From Haliotis rufescens (taxonomy: Eukaryota), in NCBI RefSeq assembly GCF_023055435.1, contig NW_025964361.1, positions 54,560,001-54,624,000 of the forward strand: a stretch of 64,000 nt of DNA. Reading direction: 5' to 3'. The position numbers were made by a program, and so were the translations under genes. Positions 1-13,654 of this stretch are shown here, in pieces (within the stretch, counting starts at the first letter, position 1; every line of letters starts with the position of its first letter). Below the pieces are notes generated by a model, which did no database searches, was not told the DNA's origin, and worked only from the letters and a program-made list of their open reading frames with translations.

Positions 1-73
1 CCTCTACCAATATATTTCTGCCCATCTTTGATCTCTGAAATTTAATAACCAATGTTTCAGGGTTGTGATTCAC
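1..73 (-). other. Candidate exon of the minus-strand gene (runs off the window edge)
   Basis: Minus-strand acceptor TTCTTTGTTTGCAG| at 74, then an open phase-0 frame VNHNPETLVIKFQRSKMGRNILVE with an ATG in good context (AAAGATGG) at 25. An alternative acceptor TTTCAG| lies at 35. No homology recognised. Confidence 0.3.
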
Positions 74-627
74 CTGCAAACAAAGAATATCAACTTGTGA
101 AACAAAAGAACTGTATTTCGGTACGAATCGTATCGCACCCATAGTATCGGGATACGTTTTGTATCACAACAACACTGTATCATCACACCTCTAATTTCAG
201 ACACCTATACTATCAAACAACAGAGAAAAATTCCTTTCAAGCATTTCAGTTATACAAGTCCTGCACCACGACTATGGAATGTATCATTTTTAGGCATTTG
301 TTTTTACAAAAAGCCAAGGCAAGTCTAGATCAAACTAACCAAGTCTAGTTTGCTTTATCAAAACAGCAGAAGAGGAAGGTTGTTTCGAAGAAAAAATTTA
401 AAGACATGTTTTCATTGACTAAGTGTTAGTCTTGCATTTCAGATCACAACCGGCACTCACTCCCCCTCTCAATCAGAGACAGTGAACCGCAGTGGTGTGG
501 CAGTAGCAGTAACATGGCCTTGAATAAGAACTGCTGACCAGAACAGTACGAAGTCCTCATACCAACCTCCAATCAAATAAGACAACCCCTATGAACACAA
601 CACCAACAATTGTGACCCGCCAGGAGA

Positions 628-800
628 GTAAGTGAGTGAGTGAGTACGGTTTTACGCCCCTTTTAGCAATATTCCAGCAATATCACGACGGGGGACACCA
701 GAAATAGGCTTCACACATTGTACCCATGTCGGGGATTGAACCCGGGTCTTCGGCGTGACGAGCGAACGCTTTAACCACTAGGCTACCCGAACGCCCCCCA
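628..800 (-). mobile_element. tRNA-derived SINE, family A, full length
   Basis: A-box (TAGCCTAGTGG) and B-box (GGTTCAATCCC) on the minus strand, (ACTC)n tail, TSD GCCAGGAGA at 619-627 and 801-809; near-identical to 29974-30158. Confidence 0.92.
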
Positions 801-1668
801 GCCAGGAGAACAGGGACCTTATGAATGCTGGGATACAACTGTGCTGTTACGTCATAAAGACGTTTGACATCAACTTTCGCCGTGAAGCTGCAGAATCGCT
901 GATGCAGCGTTAAGCTTACTTCCACAAAAATCGCCATGTAGGCAGACTGTACACAAATATCTTATTTTTCTCATTAGCTCGTAATCTTATAAAACATTAT
1001 TTCAAAACATTTGTCTTCTTACAATTAATCAGTCACCATATCTAAATTATTACAACATACATTCTTTCAAGACTGAAAATAGGATTTTGCAGAAAATTAG
1101 TTCAAATGTTTGATTCCATGTATGTCTGTAATACATATGAATTGTTGCTTGTGATTTATATTTTTGTTTCTAAAATACTGTAGTTTTAAAATATAATAAG
1201 AAGTCAAAATTTGATTTTTCCCCCATGAGGTCCCTTATTTCCTAGTGGGTCACATATACAGGTTTTCAAGACTGCTACAAGGCCAACAAACAGGCAATTT
1301 GTGAAATATCCCACACAAGACATATTCCTAACAACCAGCATACACTAACATTCATTCATGCAACCTCTACTACGGGAACCAACCACAAAGAGTGCACAAG
1401 TACCTGGATTGGTCAGGCCAAAGCCCCCTAAGCGACAAGAGCAGATATGTACTTCCTATCATGTATTGGTGAGAAGATCACACGTTGGATGGTGGAATCA
1501 ATACTTGAGGCTAGCTGACTCCGGTTGGGACTCCCCTCAGCTGGGAGTGCGGGGGAGAGTTGAAGCCATTCAAACAGAGTGTGCCAGGGCTTCCATGATG
1601 GACCGGTCTTGGAAGACATTGACTGCAGTAGAGGGTCATTGACCTTCACAAACACTCACTTCTTTGAC

Positions 1669-1875
1669 AGTGAGTGAGTGAGTGAGTGAGTGAGTGAGTG
1701 AGTTGGGTTTAACAGTTTGTTGAACAGTATTCCAGTTTTATAACTGCCTGTCAGTTTAATGTGGGAGGAATTTGAGCCCAAAGTGATGCAGGTCTCAGAT
1801 GTTGACCATGTTGGTGAAACCCACAAGCACTGGTATGGTGCTGACAAACCCAGAAACATAATCAGGGCGACCTGG
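1669..1875 (-). mobile_element. SINE family D, 3' part; head replaced by a 15-bp array
   Basis: (GAGT)n tail and body match 52378-52540; similarity stops at the B-box position, where the 15-mer array starts. Confidence 0.8.
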
Positions 1876-2039
1876 TATTTGGTTCCTCTCAAATAGGTTC
1901 CTGTCGAATAGGTTCCTGTCAAATAGATTCCAGTGGAATAGGTTCCTGTCAAATAGGTTCCTGTCAAATAGGTTCCTGTCGGATAGGTTCCTGTCAAATA
2001 GGTTCCTGTCAAATAAGTTCCGGTCAAATAAGTTCCTGT
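1876..2039. repeat. 15-bp minisatellite (AAATAGGTTCCTGTC), about 11 copies
   Basis: Direct inspection; explains the TGTYL and DRNLF repeat ORFs. Confidence 0.95.
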
Positions 2040-4364
2040 TGAGCAGTTGATAACATGAGCAACAATCTACGCTGTTAGAATATACCAACATCCAATCAGA
2101 TGGACCACACATGCCTCCCACATCAGCTCTTCTGATACGACATGTACAGGGTGCTGGGGCCCACTCGGATCCCATCCTAATGTTACCTTAGCAGGGAGCT
2201 GACATGCCCTGGACAGCGACCCCTAAGTCCCTTGCTCAGTGGGAAAACCCACAAAGGCCAAAAGCATAAGATTAGTAGTTTCCTTTTCTCACATAATTCA
2301 CATAACATGTATAACTTCAAGAAAATTTACAAATTTTATGATCGTTTTGGTCTTAACCTCTGTATGTTTGAAAACATCAGGATACTTTTTTATTATACAT
2401 GTAACGTGTATTTTGCTATCAGGAATACATGTGAGCCATATTGGTTCATTTGTCCCCTGGTTAATGAAACCTTGGCTGTTTCAAATCACCCACCCAGTTT
2501 ACAGTGCCTTGTGCTGAAATAAATCCAGCAGGCAGGGTTAAGAAGTGTGCTAGAAATTCAACAGGCTAAAGGTCAGAAGAAACAAAATCAACCAATTCAG
2601 AGACGGCCATGAACCATGTCACAAGGCCTATAAACACGTTAAACACCTGTGCACATCTCATTCTTACGACACATAAATGAATCATAACATGGATACCTAC
2701 TAACTCCTAACAACATGTCAGTCACAAACACACATTAAATGAATTAAAAAGTGTCAAAAAAATTCCATAATCATGAGAAATCTCTACTAGAAGCTAAGCC
2801 CACTATACAATTCCGATCATGCCATAAGCATATGTTTACGAACCCCTACCAAATGATAATGACACTAGGTGTTCACAAAAAGTCGAAAACATGCACAAAC
2901 CCAAGTGGAAGTTGGCCCACGGTGATGCAATTCCAAGTACGGCAATGTTTTCCCAGTGAGATAAGATGACTACAACACTGACATCTCTGAGCAGCTGTGT
3001 ATGGAGTTGTGTATCCCTGGACTGGTGACAGTCAACATGTAAATGGGGACACAGAGACTGCCAGTTTCAACATACAAAGCCCAACTACAAACACAAAATG
3101 AAGACAGCTAGCCTTTCCACAGGAAAGAAGTTTTGATGAATGAAAACAAATCAATACTTTCATTTAAGGCTTGTTGTTTTTCAATTTTTGTATTGTTCAA
3201 TAGAATCTGAACTGTATATGCTTTGGAACTCAATTAGCACGTAAATTCTACACAAACATCTACATCAAATATAATTTAAAGATTTATAATACAGTGTGTA
3301 GATTAATTTTCAGAGCAACAAGAATTTCATGCATTTTGATGATTGCTATATATTTGCAACTGATACGATAACCACCACAACCCAGTTTACAAGATACCGC
3401 CATGTCAGAATGATGAGATCTGATTGGTCCACGACTCCACGTAACGTTGATAGAATACTGTGTAACCTGCCTTGGAGGGTAATAAATTTCTCCGCAGCAT
3501 TAAACAACACTCACTCACTCGACTTCTGAGTGAGGTAAAGCTCCCCCTACCAACCCAGCATAAATTTTGCTGAATTAAACATTATAGAACCCTATCCCTT
3601 GGCAGGAAAATTGAGCCATCGATAATCTGATAATATCTTAAATGAACAATTATGTTGAAACAAAGTCTAAATTTACCAAAACAGACTTGTTATTATCGAT
3701 CATGTCAATTGCCAAAGACGGAAAGTAACTGTTTTTGTTATAACTAAAATGTCCACAGAGTAATCCATACAGAAATGTGTTACCACTAACCAGTGGCATG
3801 AAGTGGGTTGATTTCTTATGGAGTTGTTTGCATATTTGCACAGAATTACTTCGCTGATATTTATCGATAATTGACGAATATTTAGTTAACGATTATCAAT
3901 CTCTATGATCTGTATCGTTAGCCAGCCCTAATCAAAATATTTCAAACAATTCCTGTTAATATAAATATACAAAACACACCGAAAACTGTGATCCAAATCT
4001 ATATGATACAACTCATAATGGGGTGTTTTACAACAATCTCAGTCCACTCTACAACCTTTGGAATCTGTTATTGGTGACATCCTGGCGTGATTGAGCATTG
4101 ATGGACAGCTGGCACAGTCAGTGTGCAAAACAAAGTGTGGTTACATCAATCTCTGTTATCATTGGTGCAGCTTTGAAGATGTTGTGGATTCTGCATTAAT
4201 TCGGACATTGCTGTCGGTCCACAGCTGAGACTACTGATTACAACGACTCTTGGCATCTAGGTCATTGCTAAAAAGGGATAGCTCTACAGACTTACCAAAT
4301 ATGGAAGTAGTTCTGAGAGATTCTCTCAACAGATGATGTTTGAGGATGGTTCATGCATTCAATG

Positions 4365-4630
4365 TGGGTTGGTGTGTTGAGGTGAGGTGTGGGTGGGGAT
4401 GAGGTGTGGGAGTGGGTGAGGTGTGGGTGTAGATGAGTTGTGGGTGTGGATGAGGTGTGGGTGTGGGTGTGGGTGTGGGTGAGGGTGAGGTGTAGGCGAG
4501 GGTGAGGTATGGGTGAGTTGAGAAGATGAGGTGTGTTGAGGTAAGGAGTGGATGAGGTGTGGTGTGATAGGGTGAGATGTGGGTGAGGTGTAGATGAAGT
4601 GAGGTTTGGGTGAGTTGAGGTGTGGGTGTG
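4365..4630. repeat. GT-rich low-complexity tract (GAGGTGTGGGT-like)
   Basis: Direct inspection; gives His/Pro/Thr-rich minus-strand ORFs. Confidence 0.85.
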
Positions 4631-5599
4631 GCATGAGGCCGGAGGGTTTGGAGTTTGATGGAGCATCACTCATGCAGTAAGAGCAGCACATTCTCTCAAG
4701 AGATTAATTTACAATCTGTTGCTCTTTCTGCATAACGTTATCAAAACAATTTGAACAAAGAAGTGAGTGAATGCTGTTTTATGCCAAACCCAGCACTATC
4801 CCAGCTCTACTTGTGCAGTCTGTAAATAATCCTGCTTAAGCAAGGCAGACCAATGGATGATTATGCATCACAATGATCCACTCTATTAAGGTAGGATGAT
4901 ACACAACGAGGTCGCACGTCATCACCCCCTGATCTCATTTACCTGGCTATCCATCCAGACAACCATCCAGGGATACTGGGGCCCTTTTCGTTCTGGGATA
5001 CCCTATAGGTGTAAATAGGAACATTTGGTGATTGACAAACAATCAAGTGAATTACTCAGGATTTGTCAGGCATATTATTGCTATCTCACATTCTCAGACA
5101 TTGAAGACAAATTGCTGATGCGGCAGTATTCATTCACTCCTTCGTAATGATTTCTATCTTTATGGCAAGCAAACATTTTTATCAAACTAACCAAACAAAC
5201 GAGAGCCAATGTGAGTCTCTAGCCAACAGAGAGTAACTATTCTGCCAACAAAACTACAGTTCTCAGACATGCCGATTCAAAGCATTTCAAACAATGTAGC
5301 CTTGATGTTAAAACCTTCTGCAGACATTTTAAGCTCAGTCATGAAATACCATCATGACAACTGAACTACAATTTGATGGAGTTCTCATTTCTTATAATTA
5401 ATGTAAAACATGTCTACCATATAAATGGAATTTCTCATTTCAAATAATTAATGACACACGATTCCATGACTTTCTTCAATATCACCATATTTCTGCTGAT
5501 TCATCATTGTTCCAATTTGGGAATTCCCTAAACATCACTGCACGGATTATTGAAGAAGTTTATGCTAATGAAGGATCAATACTTATTTTGGACAGTCGC

Positions 5600-6167
5600 T
5601 TTACATGCTTAACTCTGCTTAACTGTGCTGATGCACAAAGCCTGACTGATACTTTACACTGCTTAACTGTGCTGATGCACAAAGCCTGACTGATACTTTA
5701 CACTGCTTAACTGCCTTTACAAAGCCTGACTGATACTTTACACTGCTAAACTGTGCCGATGCACAAAGCCTGACTGATACTTTACATTGCTTAACTGCCT
5801 TTACAAAGCCTGACTGATACTTTACCATGCTTAACTGCCTTTACAAAGCCTGACTGATACTTTACACTGCTTAACTGCCTTTACAAAGCCTGACTGATAC
5901 TTTACACTGCTTAACTGCCTTTACAAAGCCTGACTGATACTCTACACTGCTTAACTGTGCTGATGCACAAAGCCTGACTGATACTTTACACTGCTTAACT
6001 GCCTTTACAAAGCCTGACTGATACTTTACACTGCTTAACTTCGCTGATGCACAAAGCCTTACTGATACTTTACACTGCTTAACTGTGCTGATGCACAAAG
6101 CCTGACTGATACTTTACACTGCTTAACTCTGCCTTTGCTGAGCTCTGCTTTACAAAGCCTGACTGAT
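5600..6167. repeat. Minisatellite of interleaved 40-bp and 44-bp variants
   Basis: Units CTGCTTAACT[GCCTTT|GTGCTGATGC]ACAAAGCCTGACTGATACTTTACA; 40+44=84 bp gives the 28-aa repeat seen in the ORF track. Confidence 0.93.
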
Positions 6168-6919
6168 GATTCAACTCTGACTATGTGCTATGCATTAACT
6201 TCCCGATACAAGTATCTATCAAAGATGCACACTAGGAGAAAAAACAAACCTTCTTACCTTCAATGTTTCTTTAAGTGTTACATCAAACAAACACAAGAAT
6301 AGAATTAAATATTTTCATCTGATGTGCTATAATCATGATAATTGACACTGGCACAAACTTGAATGCATATCATTATCAAATACATATGTATTATCAACAC
6401 AGTTTGATTGGTGAAGTGGCTAGGCAGTATCCAATCACGATGACACTAGGTAGTTTGACAGCTTGCAGCAATTGGAGGACAACGGCAAGATGGTCCGGCT
6501 TACAAGCCCTGCCAACTGTAAATTTTCAAAAAGATGGAGTGCGTGTGTACCACAGAGTAGCCAAAGATGTATTGGAGGTCATGCCAAGCTGTATCAAGAC
6601 ATATCAGAAACACAACCAACAAGTACATGCAAGTATCGTGATACATATCGGATTGTGAGCAAGGTATAGTGATACATATCAATTGGTACATATCGTCCCA
6701 GCTCTACTAGTAAGGCACACCGTGGTCAACTTGTGATGAAGACAGCTGATGTTACTACAAACATGTATATACAAATGGGGGCTTCATGAGAACGATGTCA
6801 ACACCCTCTTAAAAAAATAATGAACAATATGAAATGATCCTGTAAGACCTCTGACCTAAATTAGGTGAGTGCTGCAATCACATTGGTTCAAAACACAAGG
6901 TAATCTTAATCCCTGGATA

Positions 6920-7177
6920 TAAAACAATGCCTAGCAGAACAAAAAATACAATTTAAACGGTAAATCAACATGTCTAGTGATTTTTTATCTCAAATTTCGA
7001 ATTTGTACAGACCAAGTTTCTCATCACCCATTCGTTTGCCGGACTTCGCTAAAGGGGCACGGTGTAATTTTTTTTCTGCGCTTGGTATTCAAATTTTTTA
7101 TTTTCCAAGATATTGAATCCGCTAGAGGGGGGTGCGCATTATATATGGGTGCGCACTATACTCAAGAAAATACGGTA
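6920..7177. mobile_element. Partial Tc1/pogo-type MITE, right end
   Basis: Ends in AAAATACGG+TA; the internal part resembles 17001-17112. Confidence 0.55.
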
Positions 7178-7552
7178 AACAAGATTTAAATCCTGAAAAC
7201 ATTTTGAAGTTATAAATTAATGTATGTCTGAATTTACAATTCTTAAACATACTGATAAGTATTCATTTTATTTCAATTCAAAATTTTAAAAGAGTGCCAT
7301 TTGGGTCGGAAAAATGGATGCCCAACAAAAAACCAATAAATTTGATCAAATTTATCAGAACACGTTTGATTTAGCTGGGTTATTTCCCACATTCAGCTAA
7401 CCAGGCGAGTTAAGTTATCACGGAAGTATGACATCAACCATTGTATCATGACGTCATAGCATTCCAGGGTGAAGTCATGTATCACTCTATCTGGTCCAAA
7501 CATAATTTCTGGGTATTAAATACCTACAATGCCAATCTGAAAAAAACCCATA

Positions 7553-8863
7553 ATAGGTACAAGTTAATATATCAGACAGGGTACACGTAAATATATCAGA
7601 CCTAGACCTTTGTACAAGTAAATATATCAGACCTGGGTACAAGTAAATATATCAGACCTTGGTACAAGTAAATATATCCAACTTAAGGTGAAGTAAATAT
7701 ATCAGACCTGGGTAGAAGTAAATATATCAGATCTGGGTGGAAGTAAATATATCTGATCTGGGTGGAAGTAAATATATCAGACCTGGGTGGAAGTAAATAT
7801 ATCAGACCTGGGTAGAAGTAAATATATCAGACCTGGGTGGAAGTAAATATATCTGATCTGGGTGGAAGTAAATATATCAGATCTGGGTGGAAGTAAATAT
7901 ATCAGATCTGGGTGGAAGTAAATATATCAGACCTGGGTACAAGTAAATATATCAGATCTGGGTGGAAGTAAATATATCTGATCTGGGTGGAAGTAAATAT
8001 ATCTGATCTGGGTGGAAGTAAATATATCAGACCTGGGTGGAAGTAAATATATCAGACCTGGGTACAAGTAAATATATCTGACCTGGGTACAAGTAAATAT
8101 ATCTGACCTGGGTACAAGTAAATATATCTGACCTGGGTACAAGTAAATATATCTGACCTGGGTGGAAGTAAATATATCAGACCTGGGTGGAAGTAAATAT
8201 ATCTGACCTGGGTACATGTAAATATAATTGACCTGGGTACAAGTAAATATATCTGACCTGGGTGGAAGTAAATATATCAGACCTGGGTGGAAGTAAATAT
8301 ATCAGACCTGGGTACAAGTAAATATATCTGACCTGGGTACAAGTAAATATATCAGACCTGGGTGGAAGTAAATATATCAGACCTTGGTACAAGTAAATAT
8401 ATCAGACCTGGGTACAAGTAAATATATCAGACCTATACCTTGGTGGAAGTAAATATATCAGACCTGGGTGGAAGTAAATATATCAGACCTGGGTACAAGT
8501 AAATATATCTGACCTAGGTACAAGTAAATATATCTGACCTGGGTGGAAGTAAATATATCAGACCTGGGTACAAGTAAATATATCAGACCTGGGTACAAGT
8601 AAATATATCAGACCTTGGTACAAGTAAATATATCAGACCTGGGTGGAAGTAAATATATCAGACCTGGGTGGAAGTAAATATATCAGACCTGGGTACAAGT
8701 AAATATATCAGACCTATACCTGGGTACAAGTAAATATATCAGACCTGGGTGGAAGTAAATATATCAGACCTGGGTGGAAGTAAATATATCAGACCTGGGT
8801 ACAAGTAAATATATCCGACCTATACCTGGGTACAAGTAAATATATCTGACCTGGGTGGAAGTA
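7553..8863. repeat. 25-bp minisatellite (AAGTAAATATATCAGACCTGGGTAC/GG), about 50 copies
   Basis: Direct inspection. Confidence 0.97.
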
Positions 8864-9324
8864 CATACATCCAAGTGTACCCTAGGTATAACACGATGGA
8901 GCCCAGGTGCAGTAGGACACCCCCAGCAGCACTAGCAACCTATTCCCATATCAGAATCCATCTACCTCAAACATGAACGACGAAACATCTTTGTCATAAC
9001 ACTAACACAACACAAAAGAACTGAGGACCTCCTAGATCATGTAGATTCAAATACTAGCAAACATCAAAGACCCACACACACACACTCTACTTTTCCCCTA
9101 GCCCCACCCCCACCTGACAATTCTAACTACTTTTCACCTGCTATTAGCGATCAGACCACAGTAATCACATCAACAGCATCCGCCCAAGGACAAGCTACTT
9201 TGACCATAACCTGATTCATCATCTCCTGATAAGATAGGTCAATGACCTCACAATTTCCCACATGTGACATTAATCTGTCCGTACAAGTCACAATATTGGA
9301 TTTGTCCTATCAAGTTAATCAATT

Positions 9325-10620
9325 GCATTTGTCCATACAGGTAATAAACCCCCATTTATCCATACAGGTACTAAAATAACATTTCTGTTTACAGGTAATA
9401 TACCCCCATTTATCCATACAGGTGCTAAAATAACATTTCTCTCTACAGGTAATATACCCCCATTTATCCATACAGATGCTAAAATAACTTTTCTCTCTAC
9501 AGGTAATATACCCCCATTTGTCTATACAGGTACTAAAATAACATTTCTCTGTACATGTAATATACCCACATTTATCCATACAGGTGCTAAAATAACATTT
9601 TTCTCTACAGGTAATATACCCCCATTTATCCATACAGGTACTTAAATAACATTTCTCTGTACAGGTAATATATCCCAATTTGTCCATACAGGTACTAAAA
9701 TAACATTTCTCTGTACAGGTAATATACCCCCATTTATCCATACAGGTACTAAAATAACATTTCTGTTTACAGGTAATATACCCCCATTTATCCATACAGG
9801 TGCTAAAATAACATTTCTCTCTACAGGTAATATACCCACATTTATCCATACAGGTACTAAAATAACATTTCTCTGTACAGGTAATATACCCCCATTTATC
9901 CATACAGGTACTTAAATAACATTTCTCTGTACAGGTAATATACCCCCATTTATCCATACAGGTGCTAAAATAACTTTTCTCTCTACAGGTAATATACCCC
10001 CATTTATCCATACAGGTGCTAAAATAACATTTCTCTCTACAGGTAATATACCCCCATTTATCCATACAGGTACTAAAATAACATTTCTCTCTACAGGTAA
10101 TATATCCCCATTTGTCCATACAGGTACTAAAATAACATTTCTCTGTACAGGTAATATACGCTCATTTGTCCATACAGGTACTAAAATAACATTTCTCTGT
10201 ACAGGTAATATATCCCCATTTGGCCATACAGGTAATAAACCCCCATTTATCCATACAGGTACTAAAATAACATTTCTCTGTACAGGTAATATACCCCCAT
10301 TTATCCATACAGGTACTAAAATAACATTTCTTTGCACAGGTAATAAACCCCCATTTATCCACACAGGTAAATCAACAGTATTCAATCACACAAGTTATAA
10401 AATAACATCACCCTGTACAGGTAATACCACATTTCGTACAGGTAATAAAATCAATATAATCCTATTTCTCCATACAGGTAAATCAACAGCATTTTGCCAT
10501 ACAGGTAATAAAATATAATTTCTCCATACAGGTTATACAATTGTTTAAGGTTCCTTCGGGTACTAATATTATTGTAACAATATTGCATTGTTCATACAGG
10601 CAATAAAATAACATTTCTTA
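9325..10620. repeat. 54-bp minisatellite, about 19 copies to ~10370 plus a degenerate tail
   Basis: 18-aa periodicity (MDKWGYITCREKCYFSTC); each unit has two TACAGGT sub-repeats. Confidence 0.95.
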
Positions 10621-10934
10621 AAATATGCTCTGAAAATTAAATGCTTTGTCCGTATAGACAAAAAGAACCCATTTGAACATACATTAATAAATAAATTCAA
10701 CTACTTTAGTATTCTTATAACCTTTTCAATTTTCCTTGGTAATATACTACTCAAAAAAAGTCAAAGAACACCTGATTTTTTGTTCTGACTATAGTTAATC
10801 TGTCATGAATATCAAAGTCCTGAGAAACCAAGTCTACACCTGCACATACAGCAATTACAAAGATATGAATCATATAGTTACTTGAACCATGCTTCAGGTA
10901 ACCACAAGTTCCCTACACTGTATTGGGGGGTGGC

Positions 10935-13500
10935 CCAGTAGTCTAAGGCACTGCAATTTGCTGTGCAGTTGCCTACCTTGGATACGGCACGACCAGTAGT
11001 CTAAGGCACTGCAATTTGCTGTGCAGTTGTCTACCTTGGATACAGCACGACCAGTAGTCTAAGGCACCGCAATTTGCTGTGCAGTTGGCCTACCTTGGGT
11101 GCGGCACGACCAGTAGTCTAAGGCACTGCAATTTGCTGTGCAATTGTCTACCTGGGGTACGGCACGACCAGTAGTCTAAGGCACCGCAATTTGCTGTGCA
11201 GTTGCCTACCTTGGGTACGGCACGACCAGTAGTCTAAGGCACTGCAATTTGCTGTGCAGATGGCTACCTTGGATATGGCACGACCAGTAGTCTAAGGCAC
11301 CGCAATTTGCTGTGCAGTTGCCTACCTTGGGTACGGCACGACCAGTAGTCTAAGGCACTGCAATTTGCTGTGCAGATGGCCTACCTTGGATATGGCACGA
11401 CCAGTAGTCTAAGGCACTGCAATTTGCTGTGCAGTTGCCTACCTTGGGTACGGCACGACCAGTAGTCTAAGGCACTGCAATTTGCTGTGCAGATGGCCTA
11501 CCTTGGATATGGCACGACCAGTAGTCTAAGGCACCGCAATTTGCTGTGCAGTTGCCTACCTTGGGTACGGCACGACCAGTAGTCTAAGGCACCGCAATTT
11601 GCTGTGCAGTTGCCTACCTTGGATATGGCACGACCAGTAGTCTAAGGCACCGCAATTTGCTGTGCAGTTGCCTACCTTGGGTACGGCACGACCAGTAGTC
11701 TAAGGCACTGCAATTTGCTGTGCAGTTGCCTACCTTGGATATGGCACGACCAGTAGTCTAAGGCACTGCAATTTGCTGTGCAGTTGCCTACCTTGGATAT
11801 GGCACGACCAGTAGTCTAAGGCACCGCAATTTGCTGTGCAGTTGCCTACCTTGGATATGGCACGACCAGTAGTCTAAGGCACCGCAATTTGCTGTGCAGT
11901 TGTCTACCTTGGATATGGCACGACCAGTAGTCTAAGGCACTGCAATTTGCTGTGCAATTGTCTACCTTGGGTACGGCACGACCAGTAGTCTAAGGCACTG
12001 CAATTTGCTGTGCAGATGGCCTACCTTGGATATGGCACGACCAGTAGTCTAAGGCACCGCAATTTGCTGTGCAGTTGCCTACCTTGGGTACGGCACGACC
12101 AGTAGTCTAAGGCACCGCAATTTGCTGTGCAGTTGCCTACCTTGGATATGGCACGACCAGTAGTCTAAGGCACCGCAATTTGCTGTGCAGTTGCCTACCT
12201 TGGGTACGGCACGACCAGTAGTCTAAGGCACCGCAATTTGCTGTGCAGTTGCCTACCTTGGGTACGGCACGACCAGTAGTCTAAGGCACTGCAATTTGCT
12301 GTGCAGATGGCCTACCTTGGATATGGCACGACCAGTAGTCTAAGGCACCGCAATTTGCTGTGCAGTTGTCTACCTTGGATATGGCACGACCAGTAGTCTA
12401 AGGCACTGCAATTTGCTGTGCAGTTGTCTACCTTGGGTACGGCACGACCAGTAGTCTAAGGCACCGCAATTTGCTGTGCAGATGGCCTACCTTGGATATG
12501 GCACGACCAGTAGTCTAAGGCACTGCAATTTGCTGTGCAGATGGCCTACCTTGGATATGGCACAACCAGTAGTCTAAGGCACCGCAATTTGCTGTGCAGT
12601 TGCCTACCTTGGGTACGGCATGACGAGTAGTCTAAGGCACTGCAATTTGCTGTGCAGTTGCCTACTTTGGATATGGCACGACCAGTAGTCTAAGGCACCG
12701 CAATTTGCTGTGCAGTTGCCTACCTTGGATATGGCACGACCAGTAGTCTAAGGCACCCCATTTTACTGTGCAGTTGCCTACCTTGGATATGGCACGACCA
12801 GTAGTCTAAGGCACCGCAATTTGCTGTGCAGTTGTCTACCTTGGGTACGGCACGACCAGTAGTCTAAGGCACCGCAATTTGCTGTGCAGATGGCCTACCT
12901 TGGGTACGGCACGACCAGTAGTCTAAGGCACCGCAATTTGCTGTGCAGTTGTCTACCTTGGATATGGCACGACCAGTAGTCTAAGGCACTGCAATTTGCT
13001 GTGCAGTTGCCTACCTTGGGTACGGCACGACCAGTAGTCTAAGGCACCGCAATTTGCTGTGCAGATGGCCTACCTTGGATATGGCACGACCAGTAGTCTA
13101 AGGCACTGCAATTTGCTGTGCAGATGGCCTACCTTGGATATGGCACGACCAGTAGTCTAAGGCACCGCAATTTGCTGTGCAGTTGTCTACCTTGGGTGCG
13201 GCACGACCAGTAGTCTAAGGCACCGCAATTTGCTGTGCAGATGGCCTACCTTGGGTACGGCACGATCAGTAGTCTAAGGCACCGCAATTTTCTGTGCAGT
13301 TGTCTACCTTGGATGCGGCACGACCAGTAGTCTAAGGCACCGCAATTTGCTGTGCAGATGGCCTACCTTGGGTACGGCACGACCAGTAGTCTAAGGCACC
13401 GCAATTTGCTGTGCAGTTGTCTACCTTGGATGCGGCACGACCAGTAGTCTAAGGCACCGCAATTTGCTGTGCAGTTGCCTACCTTGGGTACGGCACGACC
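10935..13500 (+). repeat. 58/59-bp satellite, about 44 copies, derived from a SINE family D head
   Basis: Unit CCAGTAGTCTAAGGCACYGCAATTTGCTGTGCAGTTGCCTACCTTGGRTAYGGCACGA; aligns to the reverse complement of 52564-52628. Confidence 0.95.
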
Positions 13501-13654
13501 AATGATGGTGTGGGACAGCACTCCATCTCTGATAATGGAAGACAATCCACAAGCATACACACTCTTCCACAAGGACTGAATTGGGTCTACATGATGTAGC
13601 CAAATGTCCCTGCAGTAATGGTGATTTCTGACTGCTATCACGAGTCATTAGTCA

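Noticed and set aside
4292-4691. His/Pro-rich proteins
   Set aside because: Low-complexity GT tract with stops in all frames; no homology recognised.
9319-10119. 266-aa Cys-rich repeat ORF
   Set aside because: It lies wholly within a 54-bp minisatellite; unit length divisible by 3 explains the ORF, and there is no unique flanking coding sequence.
10935-13500. CRISPR-like array
   Set aside because: Units are contiguous and near-identical, with no unique spacers and no cas genes, in a eukaryotic context.
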